From assembly GCA_963793305.1 (NCBI GenBank), contig CAWBZV010000003.1, positions 1,120,001 through 1,184,000 on the forward strand: a stretch of DNA of 64,000 nucleotides. The letters run 5' to 3'. This document shows, piece by piece, positions 39,426-51,043 of the stretch. This DNA comes from an uncultured Gemmatimonadales bacterium. Its GTDB lineage: Bacteria; Gemmatimonadota; Gemmatimonadetes; Gemmatimonadales; Gemmatimonadaceae. Made by a program: the position numbers and the translations under genes. Position 1 is the first letter of the stretch. The number at the start of each line of letters is the position of its first letter. Under the pieces are notes generated by a model. It searched no databases. It was not told where the DNA came from and saw only the letters and a program-made list of their open reading frames with translations.

Positions 39426-41585
39426 ATGCCCAATCCCGCGTCGAAACTCCGGCCCTCATACGGCGCCGCCGCGATAGCGGCGTGCGCCGTGTTCGTCTTG
39501 TACGTAGTGACGCTGCTGCCGAGCACCGCGATGTGGGACACGAGCGAATATCTCACTGCCGCAAAGGTGCTAGGCATCCCGCACCCGCCAGGCAATCCGT
39601 TCTTCGTGATCCTGGGCCACATATTCGCGATCCTTCCCATCGCCCCAACGGTCGCCCAGCGCGTCAACATCATGGCCGCGCTCACCAGCGCCCTCTCAGC
39701 GGGCATCTGGTTCCTGGTCACCGAACGGGTCCTCGCGCACTGGTTGCCGGAGCGATGGAAGCGCCTCACGGGGGCGTCGCTCGCCGTGATCATCGGCAGC
39801 ACCGCGTTCACCGTCTGGAGCCAGTCGGTCGTGAACGAGAAGGTCTACACAGTCTCGCTGCTCTTCCTCGCCGTCGTAACCTGGCTCGTGATCATGTGGT
39901 CCGACGACCCGGATGCACCGCGAGCCGAGCGACTGCTGGTACTCTCGGCATTTCTCATCGGGCTCGGTTACACGAACCACCCGGCGGGATTCCTCGTCGC
40001 CCCGGCAGTCGCCGTCGCAATCCTGTTCCGTAAGCCGAAGCTACTGATCGATCCCCGGTTCGTGGCCAAGTTCGCCGGCGTGCTCGCGCTCGGCCTCACG
40101 CCATTCTTGTTCGAGCCGATCCGGGCAGGCCAGCATCCAGCGTTGAACGAAGGCGACGTGAACGCCTGCCCAACGCACTTCGCATGGAGCTGCACGCTGA
40201 GTGCCGAGACCGCGCGCCGCACATACGAGCACATCACGCGCAAGCAGTACGGCGACCTCCCGTTCCTCGAACGGAAAGCCCCGATGTCGGCGCAGTTCGG
40301 GATGTACTGGCTCTACTTCAAGTGGCAATGGCTGCGCGACGCCGCGGGACGACTCCCCGGCCTCCAAAGCGCGCTCGGCGCCATCTTCCTGGCGCTCGGC
40401 CTCGCCGGCGGCGTCACGCACTGGAAGCGCGATCGCGCGTCGTTTTGGTACTACGCCACGCTCGTCTTCGTGGTCACACCGCTCCTCATCGTCTACCTCA
40501 ACTTCTCTTACGGCTGGTCTCAAGCCCCGGAGCTCGGCACCACTATCACCCGCGAGGTGCGTGACCGCGACTACTTCTATCTCTGGAGCTTCAGCAGCTG
40601 GAGCGTGTGGATCGCGCTCGGCCTCGTCGCCCTGTGGGAGACGCTCGCCAAGAAGAGCAGCTGGATCCTGGCAACCCCGGTGCTGGCCCTCGCGGCGATC
40701 CCGTTCATGGCGAACCGTCACGTCGCCCCGCGGACCGAGCAAGCGTCGACGCGCGATTTCGCGATCGACCTCCTCAACTCCGTCGAGCCATACGGCATCA
40801 TCATCAGTGGCGGCGACAATGATCTCTTCCCGCTCTGGTACGCCCAGGAGGTCGAAGGCGTACGGAAAGATGTCCTCGTCGTAACAACGTCACTCCTCGG
40901 CCTCGACTGGTACGCCGGCGAATTGCTGCAACGCCCCGTGTACACGTACGACGCGGCCAAGGGACCGGCGGTCTATCGCGATCGCGTGTGGCCGAAGCCC
41001 ACGCGCCCGCTGTTCACGATGTCGCTCGCCGAGACGCGCCAGGTGCCAGAGTATGTCCAGTTGCCCGGCCCCATGACGTTCAAGAAGGCCGGCACGCCGC
41101 TCGAAGCCGTCATCGACCCGCGCCGCCTCGAATACGGTGTCCTCTCGCGGGCCGAGATCTTCGTCCTGCACATGATCGGCGACGGGAGCGGGCGGCCCGT
41201 TTACATCAGCACGACGTACGGTCTCTATGGGAACTCGCTCGGTCTCGAGAACCATCTGCTGACCCAAGGTCTGGCGAGAAAAGTCGTCGACGCTCCCGTG
41301 GTCGGGACGCGGGATACGGTGATGGTCCCGGGCGATGGCTGGATGGACACGAGCCGGTCGGACGCCCTGTGGCGTGAGCAGCAGGGGCCGGCCACCATCC
41401 TGAAGCACCCAGGATGGAACGACCAGGCTTCGATCCAGATGCCGGCCATGTACATCGTTCGTGGTTACGCCCTCGCCGAGGGGCTCCAGAGACGCAACTT
41501 GCCTAGCGACGCGGCGACGATCGCGGAGGTGGTTGGCGAGTCCAATCGGATCGCCAACGCCATAGGATTCCGACTAAGAAATTGA
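39426..41585 (+). CDS. DUF2723 (TMEM260-like) GT-C-type membrane protein
   Basis: WDTSEY, LGIPHPPGNPFF, EKVYT, REVRDRDYFY, GDNDLFPLWY. Confidence 0.85.
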   Translation: MPNPASKLRPSYGAAAIAACAVFVLYVVTLLPSTAMWDTSEYLTAAKVLGIPHPPGNPFFVILGHIFAILPIAPTVAQRVNIMAALTSALSAGIWFLVTERVLAHWLPERWKRLTGASLAVIIGSTAFTVWSQSVVNEKVYTVSLLFLAVVTWLVIMWSDDPDAPRAERLLVLSAFLIGLGYTNHPAGFLVAPAVAVAILFRKPKLLIDPRFVAKFAGVLALGLTPFLFEPIRAGQHPALNEGDVNACPTHFAWSCTLSAETARRTYEHITRKQYGDLPFLERKAPMSAQFGMYWLYFKWQWLRDAAGRLPGLQSALGAIFLALGLAGGVTHWKRDRASFWYYATLVFVVTPLLIVYLNFSYGWSQAPELGTTITREVRDRDYFYLWSFSSWSVWIALGLVALWETLAKKSSWILATPVLALAAIPFMANRHVAPRTEQASTRDFAIDLLNSVEPYGIIISGGDNDLFPLWYAQEVEGVRKDVLVVTTSLLGLDWYAGELLQRPVYTYDAAKGPAVYRDRVWPKPTRPLFTMSLAETRQVPEYVQLPGPMTFKKAGTPLEAVIDPRRLEYGVLSRAEIFVLHMIGDGSGRPVYISTTYGLYGNSLGLENHLLTQGLARKVVDAPVVGTRDTVMVPGDGWMDTSRSDALWREQQGPATILKHPGWNDQASIQMPAMYIVRGYALAEGLQRRNLPSDAATIAEVVGESNRIANAIGFRLRN

Positions 41586-41592
41586 TTTGACA

Positions 41593-41607
41593 TAGCCCCG
41601 AGGGCTA
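41593..41607. promoter_or_regulatory. palindrome overlapping the putative promoter of the sensor kinase
   Basis: TAGCCC-cga-GGGCTA lies between TTGATT/TTGACA and TACATT. Confidence 0.35.
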
Positions 41608-41620
41608 CATTCGTGGCCCG

Positions 41621-43846
41621 ATGCGGTCCGTGGTTGCGCGTTACGCGCTCCCGGTCGTGTCACTTGCGGCCGCTCTCGCTGTGTCGCTGCTTGGTCAGCG
41701 TCACGACGACGCACTCGCGTTGTGCCTGGCCGCCGTGGTACTCACCACCTGGCTCGGCGGCCTGGGCCCCGGTGTCGTCGCCGCCCTCCTCGGCGTCGGT
41801 GTCGTCGACTACGCGATCGGCGACTATACGGTGCGCGACGCCGCCCCACATGCCGTGCTCTTTCTCGTGTCGGTCGTCATCGTCGGCTGGGCCCGTGATG
41901 AATTGACCGAGCGACGACGCAGCGAGAAGCAGTTGGCCGGTCAGTACGCGATCGCCCGCATCATCTCCCAGTCCACGACATGGACCGAGGCCGCACCCAG
42001 GCTGCTGGCGGCGATCGGCCGAATCACCGGCTGGGAGTGGGCCGCGTTCTTCACCGCCGATCGCGATGGCCTGAAAGTAAAATGCCGCGCGGTGTGGCAC
42101 GACGACACACTGCATGGTGCCGACGCGCTCGACGCGGCGAGCCAAGGCACGCTCGTCAGTCGCGAGGAGGGACTCATCGGCCGCGTGTGGAACGAAAGCG
42201 CGATCGCGGTGGCGCGCGATCTCATGGCCGATAACGCATTGCCGTCACCCATGGCGTCGGCCGCGCAACTCGCCGGTCTGGCAACGGCCGTCGCCGTGCC
42301 ACTCCGCGCCGGTCGCGAGACGCTCGGCGTGCTCGTGCTCATGAGCCGAGCGAGCGGAAAGGGCGCGCCGCCATTCGACGCGCGCCAGACCGAGACGCTG
42401 GCCGTGCTCGGCGAGCAGATCGGCCAGTTCACGTTCCGCCGGCGCGTGGAGCAAGACCGCGAGTCGTTGGCATCGCTCGTCCAGAACAGCTCCGATTTCG
42501 TGGGGATCGCATCGCTGGCGGGTGATTGGATGTTCATCAACCCCGCGGGGCAACGCCTCGTCGGCCTCGATGGCGACGCCGATGTCCGCGCGAGCCCCAT
42601 GCGAACGCTGCTGGTCGAAGACGTGACCCTCGCTGTGCTGGAGCACGGGTACTGGTCGGGCGACGCGCACCTGCGGCACGCGCGAACGGGCTCCGTCGTA
42701 CCGGTGCTGCAGCACATCTTCACGATCACGGCGCTCGACCGGCCGGTGGCGCTGGCGGTGATTGGCCGCGACCTGACCGACATCGAACGGCAGAACGAGC
42801 AGCTCCGGCGGAATGAGACGTACCTGGCCGAGGCGCAGCGCTTGAGCCAGACCGGGAGCTGGGCCCTCAAGGTGCCGTCGGGCGTCCGCCAGTGGTCGCG
42901 CGAAGCATTCCGCATCTTCGGCATCGATGCCGGCACGGTCGTCACGCGCGACGTCTTCGAGCGCTTCGTGCACCCAAGCGACCGCGCACGCGTGATGCAA
43001 ACCCTCGACCGCGCCATCGACGAGCGCACGGGTCTCGACATCACGTATCGGATCGTGCGCCCCGATGGATCCGTTCGGTACGCGCAGAGCGTTGGCCGGC
43101 CGATTCTGAATGCGGCTGGCGAGGTCGAGGAGCTGGTGGGCGTCGTCATGGACGTCACGGACCGCAAGCGCGCCGCGCGTGCCCTGCGTCGGGCGCGCGA
43201 GCGAGCGCTCACCGCCCGGTTCGCGGCGATGCTCGACGAGCGGGCGCGCGTCGCGCGCGAGATCCACGACAGCCTGCTCCAGGGTGTCACCGGGATCGCG
43301 CTCCAACTGCGCGCCATGCTGCCGCACGTGACGCCGGCCGACACCTTGCATTGGATCGTGGAGCTCGCCGATCGCACGAGCCACGAGGCCCGGCGCGCGA
43401 TCTGGGACTTGCGGTCGCCGTCGATCGCCGATGACATCATCGGTGCGCTGGAGGATGCCGCGCGCCGCCACCTGGCCGGGACGTTGCTCGCCTATCGCAT
43501 GACCGTCACGGGCCGACCGCGACCCCTGCCGCCTGCAGTTGTGCCGATCGCTGTCCGCATTATAGAAGAGGGTCTCACGAACGTCGTCAAACACGCGGGC
43601 GCCGCATCCGTCTGGCTGACGGTGGCCTACGAGCGCCGCGTGGTGCGGATCACCTTGGCTGATGATGGCCGCGGGTTCGACGTTGCGGGGGCGCGTGAGG
43701 GACACTGGGGCATCATCGGGATGATGGAACGCGCGGCGGAGATTGGCGCGCGGCTTCAGGTGCGCAGCACTCCCGAGAGCGGCACAGAGGTTGTGCTCGA
43801 AATCAGTCGTCGAGGTGGATTATCCCGCGCTGGAGAGCGACCGTAA
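41621..43846 (+). CDS. sensor histidine kinase (membrane domain, GAF, PAS, HisKA_3)
   Basis: ERARVAREIHDSLLQ, EGLTNVVKHAGA, DDGRGFD, GIIGMMERA. Confidence 0.92.
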   Translation: MRSVVARYALPVVSLAAALAVSLLGQRHDDALALCLAAVVLTTWLGGLGPGVVAALLGVGVVDYAIGDYTVRDAAPHAVLFLVSVVIVGWARDELTERRRSEKQLAGQYAIARIISQSTTWTEAAPRLLAAIGRITGWEWAAFFTADRDGLKVKCRAVWHDDTLHGADALDAASQGTLVSREEGLIGRVWNESAIAVARDLMADNALPSPMASAAQLAGLATAVAVPLRAGRETLGVLVLMSRASGKGAPPFDARQTETLAVLGEQIGQFTFRRRVEQDRESLASLVQNSSDFVGIASLAGDWMFINPAGQRLVGLDGDADVRASPMRTLLVEDVTLAVLEHGYWSGDAHLRHARTGSVVPVLQHIFTITALDRPVALAVIGRDLTDIERQNEQLRRNETYLAEAQRLSQTGSWALKVPSGVRQWSREAFRIFGIDAGTVVTRDVFERFVHPSDRARVMQTLDRAIDERTGLDITYRIVRPDGSVRYAQSVGRPILNAAGEVEELVGVVMDVTDRKRAARALRRARERALTARFAAMLDERARVAREIHDSLLQGVTGIALQLRAMLPHVTPADTLHWIVELADRTSHEARRAIWDLRSPSIADDIIGALEDAARRHLAGTLLAYRMTVTGRPRPLPPAVVPIAVRIIEEGLTNVVKHAGAASVWLTVAYERRVVRITLADDGRGFDVAGAREGHWGIIGMMERAAEIGARLQVRSTPESGTEVVLEISRRGGLSRAGERP

Positions 43847-44426
43847 CGGCTTCGGTGCGGTCGCTCACGTCGAGTTTCGCCATCACGTGCTTGAGATGCA
43901 CTTTGACCGTCTCCTCGGTGCGACCGATCACGCGCGCGATGTCGCGATTGCGGAGACCGCGCGCCGCGAGTCGCAGCACCTCGACCTCGCGCGCCGTGAG
44001 ATCGATCCGCGGCGTGAATTCGGCGAGCTTGCTGGCGACCGATGGCGGGATCACGCGCTTGCCGTCGGCCGCTTGGCGAATCGCGCCGATCATCTCTTCG
44101 CCGAGCATGTCCTTGATGAGATAGGCGCAGGCCCCCGCGTCGAGCGCGCGATAGATGTCGGCATCGCCCTCATAGCTGGTGAGCGCGACCACGCGCGCGT
44201 TCGGGTTCGACGACACGATCGCGCGGATCGCGGCCACGCCATCGATCTTCGGCATCCGCAGGTCCATGAGCACGACATCGGGCCGGTGGACCTCATACAG
44301 CTGTATCGCGCTCGCGCCGTCGGTGGCCTCGGCGACCACCGTCATATCCGGCTCGTTGGCGATCAACGCCGCAATGCCGGCGCGGACGACGGGATGGTCG
44401 TCGGCGGTCAGAACGCGAATCGGCAT
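43803..44426 (-). CDS. NarL/FixJ-family response regulator
   Basis: ADDHPVVRAG, DVVLMDLRMP, LTAREVEVL..TVKVHLKHVMAKL. Confidence 0.95.
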   Translation of the reverse strand: MPIRVLTADDHPVVRAGIAALIANEPDMTVVAEATDGASAIQLYEVHRPDVVLMDLRMPKIDGVAAIRAIVSSNPNARVVALTSYEGDADIYRALDAGACAYLIKDMLGEEMIGAIRQAADGKRVIPPSVASKLAEFTPRIDLTAREVEVLRLAARGLRNRDIARVIGRTEETVKVHLKHVMAKLDVSDRTEAVTVALQRGIIHLDD

Positions 44427-44537
44427 GACAGAAGAAAACGGGTGGTTTCCCGGCTCATCAATAACTCGAACGGGGAGTTATAAGAGTATCCCTGCCGGTG
44501 ATATTCCGTTGCGTCGGGTGCCAATAGACTGGTCTCC

Positions 44538-45041
44538 ATGCGAACCGACAACTCTTTTGAGGAAATCGCCATTCCGCATCTGCCGGATGTCAGGCGATTC
44601 GCGCTGCGGCTCACCGGCGACGCGGATGAGTCGGCGGATCTCGTGCAGGAGACCTACTGGCGGGCCCTGCGCTCCTGGCACACGTACCGCCCGGATTCGC
44701 CGTGTGGACGCTGGCTGTTCGCGATCTGCCTTAACCTGTTCAGGCGGCAGTGGCAGCGCGGGCGGCGCATCGTGCGGCTCGTCGACGACAACGATCCCGT
44801 CGAAACGCCCTCGACGGCCCCGGACGTTGCTCCCGCCATTACCGATGCCGCGAGTCGACTCTCTCCAATCCTGCGTACCGTGTTCGAGCTCGTCGACATC
44901 CAGGGGGCGTCGTATACCGAAGCGGCCGTGGCCTTGCGTGTGCCGATCGGGACAGTACGCTCGCGCTTGCACCGCGCGCGCGCCTGTCTCCGACCGTCAC
45001 TCAGCTCTCACGCGCGGGATATCCACCTCGGCGCGGCCTAG
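44538..45041 (+). CDS. ECF sigma factor
   Basis: ADLVQETYWRA, WLFAICLN, SYTEAAVALRVPIGTVRSRLHRAR. Confidence 0.9.
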   Translation: MRTDNSFEEIAIPHLPDVRRFALRLTGDADESADLVQETYWRALRSWHTYRPDSPCGRWLFAICLNLFRRQWQRGRRIVRLVDDNDPVETPSTAPDVAPAITDAASRLSPILRTVFELVDIQGASYTEAAVALRVPIGTVRSRLHRARACLRPSLSSHARDIHLGAA

Positions 45042-45102
45042 GAAAGAGGTTGGCGGGGAGGTGTCCCCGGGCCCCTCCGATATCCACCTGGGCGCCGCCT
45101 AG
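45018..45102 (+). repeat. 24-bp direct repeat (22/24 identical) at 45018-45041 and 45079-45102
   Basis: GATATCCACCTCGGCGCGGCCTAG versus GATATCCACCTGGGCGCCGCCTAG. Confidence 0.85.
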
Positions 45103-45902
45103 TGGTCGACCGTCACCGGCCCGTTGGTGGTCACGACGCGAACTGTCGGCCCGCCGCCGTTCACGTCCATCGACAGCCGCTTCAGGTCGAGGCGCCCCGA
45201 GACCGTGATGGGGAACCCGATCGACATCGGCCCATTCACGGTTCCGGTCTCGAGGTGCGCGGCGTAGCTCGCCGGTAGCGTGAGCTCGACCGGCCCATTC
45301 TCGGTCTCGGCGTCGAGACCCGATCCATCCCACTTTGAACCGGTGAGAGTCACCTCGACCGGCCCATTCTCCGTGCGAGCACGGACGTTGCCGCCGACCG
45401 CATAGAGCGAGATCGGCCCGTTCTGGCTCCGCAAATCGAGCTGCCCGGCGACATCGCTCGCCTCGACGGGCCCGTTGGTCGACTCGGCCGTGACGTCGGC
45501 CTTGAGCGGGACCTCGATCCGGTAGCTCACGGTCCACGACCTCCGGTGCCCGTGATACGGCGGCCCGTCGGCATGAATCCGACCGCCACTCGTCGTCACG
45601 TGAACCTGCGAGGCCATGTCCTTGGCCTCGGCATCCGTCGACGCCTCGGCCTCGACCAGCTCGTGCACCACCACGTCGCTCGTCGACCCGCCAATGATCT
45701 CGACCGCCCCGTTCTCTCCCGCGTCGACATTGATCGCGCCACCACTCGCGAGATGATCGATCCGCACCTCGCAGTACCGCGCGTGATCGTCGTGCCGCCA
45801 CTGGTCGCGGCACTCATCGACCCACTTCGCATCGTCGTGTTGCGCCCAGAGGCGAGCGCTCGCGATCGCGAGAGCGACCGGGACGGTCAGATAATATTTC
45901 AT
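45099..45902 (-). CDS. exported DUF4097 beta-strand repeat protein
   Basis: Signal peptide and repeated (S/T)xNGP(V/I) units. Confidence 0.85.
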   Translation of the reverse strand: MKYYLTVPVALAIASARLWAQHDDAKWVDECRDQWRHDDHARYCEVRIDHLASGGAINVDAGENGAVEIIGGSTSDVVVHELVEAEASTDAEAKDMASQVHVTTSGGRIHADGPPYHGHRRSWTVSYRIEVPLKADVTAESTNGPVEASDVAGQLDLRSQNGPISLYAVGGNVRARTENGPVEVTLTGSKWDGSGLDAETENGPVELTLPASYAAHLETGTVNGPMSIGFPITVSGRLDLKRLSMDVNGGGPTVRVVTTNGPVTVDH

Positions 45903-46008
45903 AGTGGTTGGACACCGCGTTTCGTCGGAACGTTTCGTGGCCGCGATATCGTTTCGTGAACGCTGTCGCTCGGCAGGCAAGCCCATGCAACCATGACGCT
46001 TACGTCCG

Positions 46009-46022
46009 GGCCACAGGTTTGC
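46009..46022 (+). promoter_or_regulatory. sigma54-type -24/-12 promoter motif
   Basis: GG-ccacaggt-TTGC (GG-N10-GC), 41 nt before the lactonase start. Confidence 0.5.
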
Positions 46023-46063
46023 GGACGCGCCTCTCCATACTTCACCCTCCTGGAGACACCCAC

Positions 46064-47175
46064 GTGCCTCGTTTTCTCGTTCTCACCGCGGCCGCCGTCG
46101 GGCTCGCCGCCTGTGCCGACTCGCGCTCGGCGACCGCACCCACCGCGCCCGAATCTGGTCTACTCGCCAATCGGGATGGTGGCGGAATCGCCGGCGCCGT
46201 CTACACCTCGACGAACAGCACCGCCGCCAACGCCGTTGTGGCGTACGCACGAAACGACGCGGGCCGACTCACTCGGATCGGCTCATTCAACACGGGCGGC
46301 CTGGGCTTCGGCGCGGGTACCGATCCGTTGGGCTCGCAGTTCTCCGTGATCTTGGCCGAGGACCACGCCCACCTCTACGTCGTCAACGCGGGCTCGAACG
46401 ACATCACAGTCTTCGACGTCCAACGCGCCGGCGGACTCGTCTGGCGCCAGCGCATCGAATCGCGCGGGTCGACGCCGGTTAGCCTTGCACTGCGTGACGG
46501 TCACCTCTTCGTTCTCAATCAAGGCGACAACACCGTCGCCGGTTTCAGCGTTCACGACGATGGGACATTGACCCCGAGCAGCCACCAGAACCTGCCCGCC
46601 GGCGCTTCCGGCTCGTCCACGGTTCGCGTCGAAGGCCGCACGCTCATCGTTAGCGAGCGGAACACGAATCGTCTCGACCTCTTCCCGCTCGACGGCGATG
46701 GCCGCATCGGCCGCCCGGACACGGTGTCATCGAACGGCGCGACGCCATTTGGCCTCGACGTAGGCCACGGTGGCCTCATCCTCGTGTCCGAGGCTGGGCC
46801 GAACGCCGTCTCATCGTACCGCCTGCACGATGATCACTTCCGCCTCGACGACGGGTCGGTCCTGACGAACGGCAAGGCGACATGCTGGGTCCGCCTCAGC
46901 CCCGACGAGCGTTTCGCGTTCAGCGTGAACTCGGCAACCGCGTCGATGACGGCGTTCAAGGTCGATCCGAATGGCAACCTCGAGCTCAAGACGATCGGCA
47001 CGCTCACCGCGGGCTCGGCGCCGCTCGACAATGACGTGACCCCGGACAATCGCTTTGTGTACGCGGTCGAGGCGGTCGCCCTAGGAATCGGCGCGTTCGA
47101 GATCGGCGCGGACGGCAGTCTCACGCCGCTCCCGGGCGCGACCGGCGTTGGCGGAACGGAAGGTTTGGCCGCGTT

Positions 47176-47179
<4 letters not shown>
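46064..47179 (+). CDS. lactonase-family 7-bladed beta-propeller lipoprotein
   Basis: RBS GGAG, lipobox LAAC, LYVVNAGSNDITVF, ATCWVRLSPD. Confidence 0.82.
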
Positions 47180-48476
<1,297 letters not shown>

Positions 48477-48480
<4 letters not shown>

Positions 48481-50213
48481 GCGGCCGCCGGGATCTCGAT
48501 CCGGAACAACGCGCCCGGATCTGGTGCGCGATTCCGCGCCGTCAGACTGCCGCCCACAGAGCGCACGAGCCCCTCGGCCACGAAGAGCCCAAGGCCCACA
48601 CCATGCACGGCGGTCTTCGTCGTGAAGAACGGGTCAAAAATTCGCGGGAGCAGATCGTCGGGGATCCCCGGCCCATCGTCCGCCACGTCGATACGGATCA
48701 CGTCCCGCACGGCGCTCACCATGATCATGAGCGTCGCGCGGCCACTCGCCGCCTCGCTGGCGTTGCGCGCGAGATTCAACAAGACCTGCTTGAGCGCATC
48801 GGCTCCGATCGCGGCTTTCACGACGGCCGTATCCGTCTCGACGTGCACGGCGGCCAATGCATTGAGCTTGAGCAGCGCCGCCACCTCGCGGACGACCGCC
48901 GCCGGCTCGCACAGGGCTCCCCCCGCGTCGCGTGGCCGATTCAAGTCGAGCAAATTCTCGGCGAGCGCGTGCATGCGCATCAGCTCTTCGATCGCCAGAT
49001 CGGCGAACGTGCGCGTCTCGCCATCGTCACCCGAGCGGCGGCGGATCACCTCGAGGCAGTTCCGCACGTTGGCGACGGGATTTCGGATCTCGTGCGCCAG
49101 TTGGACGACCAGGTGTCCGGTCGCCGCCAGCCGGTCGCGCTGCATGAGTTGCGCCTGGAGCATCGACAGCTTCTCCGATCGCTCAGCCAGCGTCACGTTC
49201 GCCGACTGCACCTCGCCGAGTCGGGCCGCCAGGGCGCGGCGCATCTCGTCGAACGCGAGGGCGAGCCGACGCACCTCCAACGCGCCCGATGGCGTCACCG
49301 TTGCATTGAAATCGCCGTCCGCGAGCCGGTCTGCCGCATCGGCCAACGTCCGAACCGGAGCGGTCACGCGCCCCGCGAGCACGGCGCCGAGCAGCAGCGT
49401 CACGGCGAGCGCGAGCGCGCCGCTCGCCACGAGGACGCGTTGCAGGCGCGGCACGAGCGCCAGCTCACGCCCCAGGTCCCTCACGAACAGCACGTTCGCG
49501 CCGGGCGCCAAAGGCGCCGCGGCGACCAAATAGCGCCCGCTCCCAATCCGTACCTCGGACACCGAGTCGCCACGCGCCGCGCGGAGCGCGAGCGCGACGG
49601 CGAGCGTGTCCGCCGTCGTCGCGCCGGCCACGGCGCCGCCGGGTGCAACGAGGACCACGTCCGAGCGTGTCAACCCGGCAAGCGTTTCGGCCATGTCGCG
49701 GTCGAACGGGCGGGAGACGCCGGCCGCGCCGGCCCACGCCCCGTGCACGACGACTGGCGCGAGCGCGACGGCGTGCAAGGAGCGGCCGTCCGCGACCACG
49801 GCCAGCGCGTTCATCCCGCGGCGCGTCGAATCCACCAGCGCCGCTGTCGGAGACATGCCCGCCCATGCGGACCCGTCGCGGCCGACGAGTAGCGCGCCCT
49901 CGCCGGCGGCGGCCTGGCTCGTGGCCAGGACCTCTCGCGCGGCGTTGCGATCACCTGACATGAGCGCGCGACTGAGATCAGGGCTGGCGGCGATCGCCTG
50001 GGCCTCCATCACCATTGCCACCCCGATCGCGGCGTTGCGGTCGGCGAGCATGCGTGGCGAGGCCGCGAGATCGGCCCGCGCGCGCGCCTCGAGCGCGCCG
50101 GCAAGCCAGCGGTTGAGCACGAGACCCGCGGGCACCGTGCCCGCGAGCACGGCAAGGCCAATCAAGACCAGCAGCGTGCGTTGAAACGACAGGGGTCTGT
50201 CCTCCTCATTCAC
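48477..50213 (-). CDS. HAMP-domain sensor histidine kinase
   Basis: Two TM helices, HAMP domain, LAHEIRNP, QVLLNLARNA, DDGPGI, FDPFFTTK. Start uncertain. Confidence 0.92.
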
Positions 50214-50440
50214 GTGACATTCTGGCGCGCTCATGCGCAAGAGCCGCACCGATCTCGGGCGGCGGTTGCCCCGGCCCCACGCGGCCCAAGCCCGATGCCA
50301 CGGTTCCTTCGCCTGGTTCCGTCGGGACAGGGAGCCGTTTCCCGAGCGACCGCCTCACGTGGTTGACTCAATCACGGACATCGCCAAAACGCCTCTCGGC
50401 CTTCGACTTGTCGGCCCGTGGACGGTGACGGACCAGTGGG

Positions 50441-50454
50441 GGTCGGCCCCTTGC
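50441..50454 (+). promoter_or_regulatory. sigma54-type -24/-12 promoter motif
   Basis: GG-tcggcccc-TTGC upstream of RBS AGGAGG and ATG 50501. Confidence 0.45.
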
Positions 50455-50500
50455 GTAATGCGCCGACCGAGGGACACACACACCAGGAGGATATTTCTCG

Positions 50501-50983
50501 ATGTTGAGATTCATGAGTTGTTCCGCGCTCGTCTTGGGATTCGCGATCGCGACCCCGTTGGTCGCCCAACAGGCTATGAGCCACGACTCTGCCATGGGCA
50601 AAGATGCCATGGGCAAAGACGCGATGGGACACGATGCGATGGGCCATGGTGCCATGGGAGGCCACGTCGCGGGCGCATTCGCCAAAGGTGAGACGCCGGT
50701 CACGGGCGGGTATGCGGTCGAGACCATGAATGGCCACCAAGTCCTTTCGCTCACGTCCGATTTCACGATCGGCAAAGCGCCGGCGCCGTTCGTCGTGTTG
50801 AGCACGACCACCGGGCTCAGTGGCGACGCGATCTGGCTCGGCGAGCTCAAGCAGCGCAAGGGTGCGCAGTCGTTCGATATTCCCGCCGGAACGGACGTCA
50901 CCCATTTCAGTCAAGTCGTCATCTGGTCGAAGAGCGCCAAGCAGACTTTGGCGAGCGCCGACCTGCCGCACTCCGCCATGTAG
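50501..50983 (+). CDS. exported Met-rich pentapeptide (MXKDX-like) repeat protein with a DM13-like domain
   Basis: Signal peptide, AMSHD-SAMGKD-AMGKD-AMGHD-AMGHG, then DFTIGKAP..LGELK..GAQSFDIP..VVIWS. Confidence 0.8.
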   Translation: MLRFMSCSALVLGFAIATPLVAQQAMSHDSAMGKDAMGKDAMGHDAMGHGAMGGHVAGAFAKGETPVTGGYAVETMNGHQVLSLTSDFTIGKAPAPFVVLSTTTGLSGDAIWLGELKQRKGAQSFDIPAGTDVTHFSQVVIWSKSAKQTLASADLPHSAM

Positions 50984-51043
50984 TATCTCACGAAGGGGTC
51001 CGCCCGGCAGCCGATTCAGTGCCACCGGGCGGGAACCGTTTCT

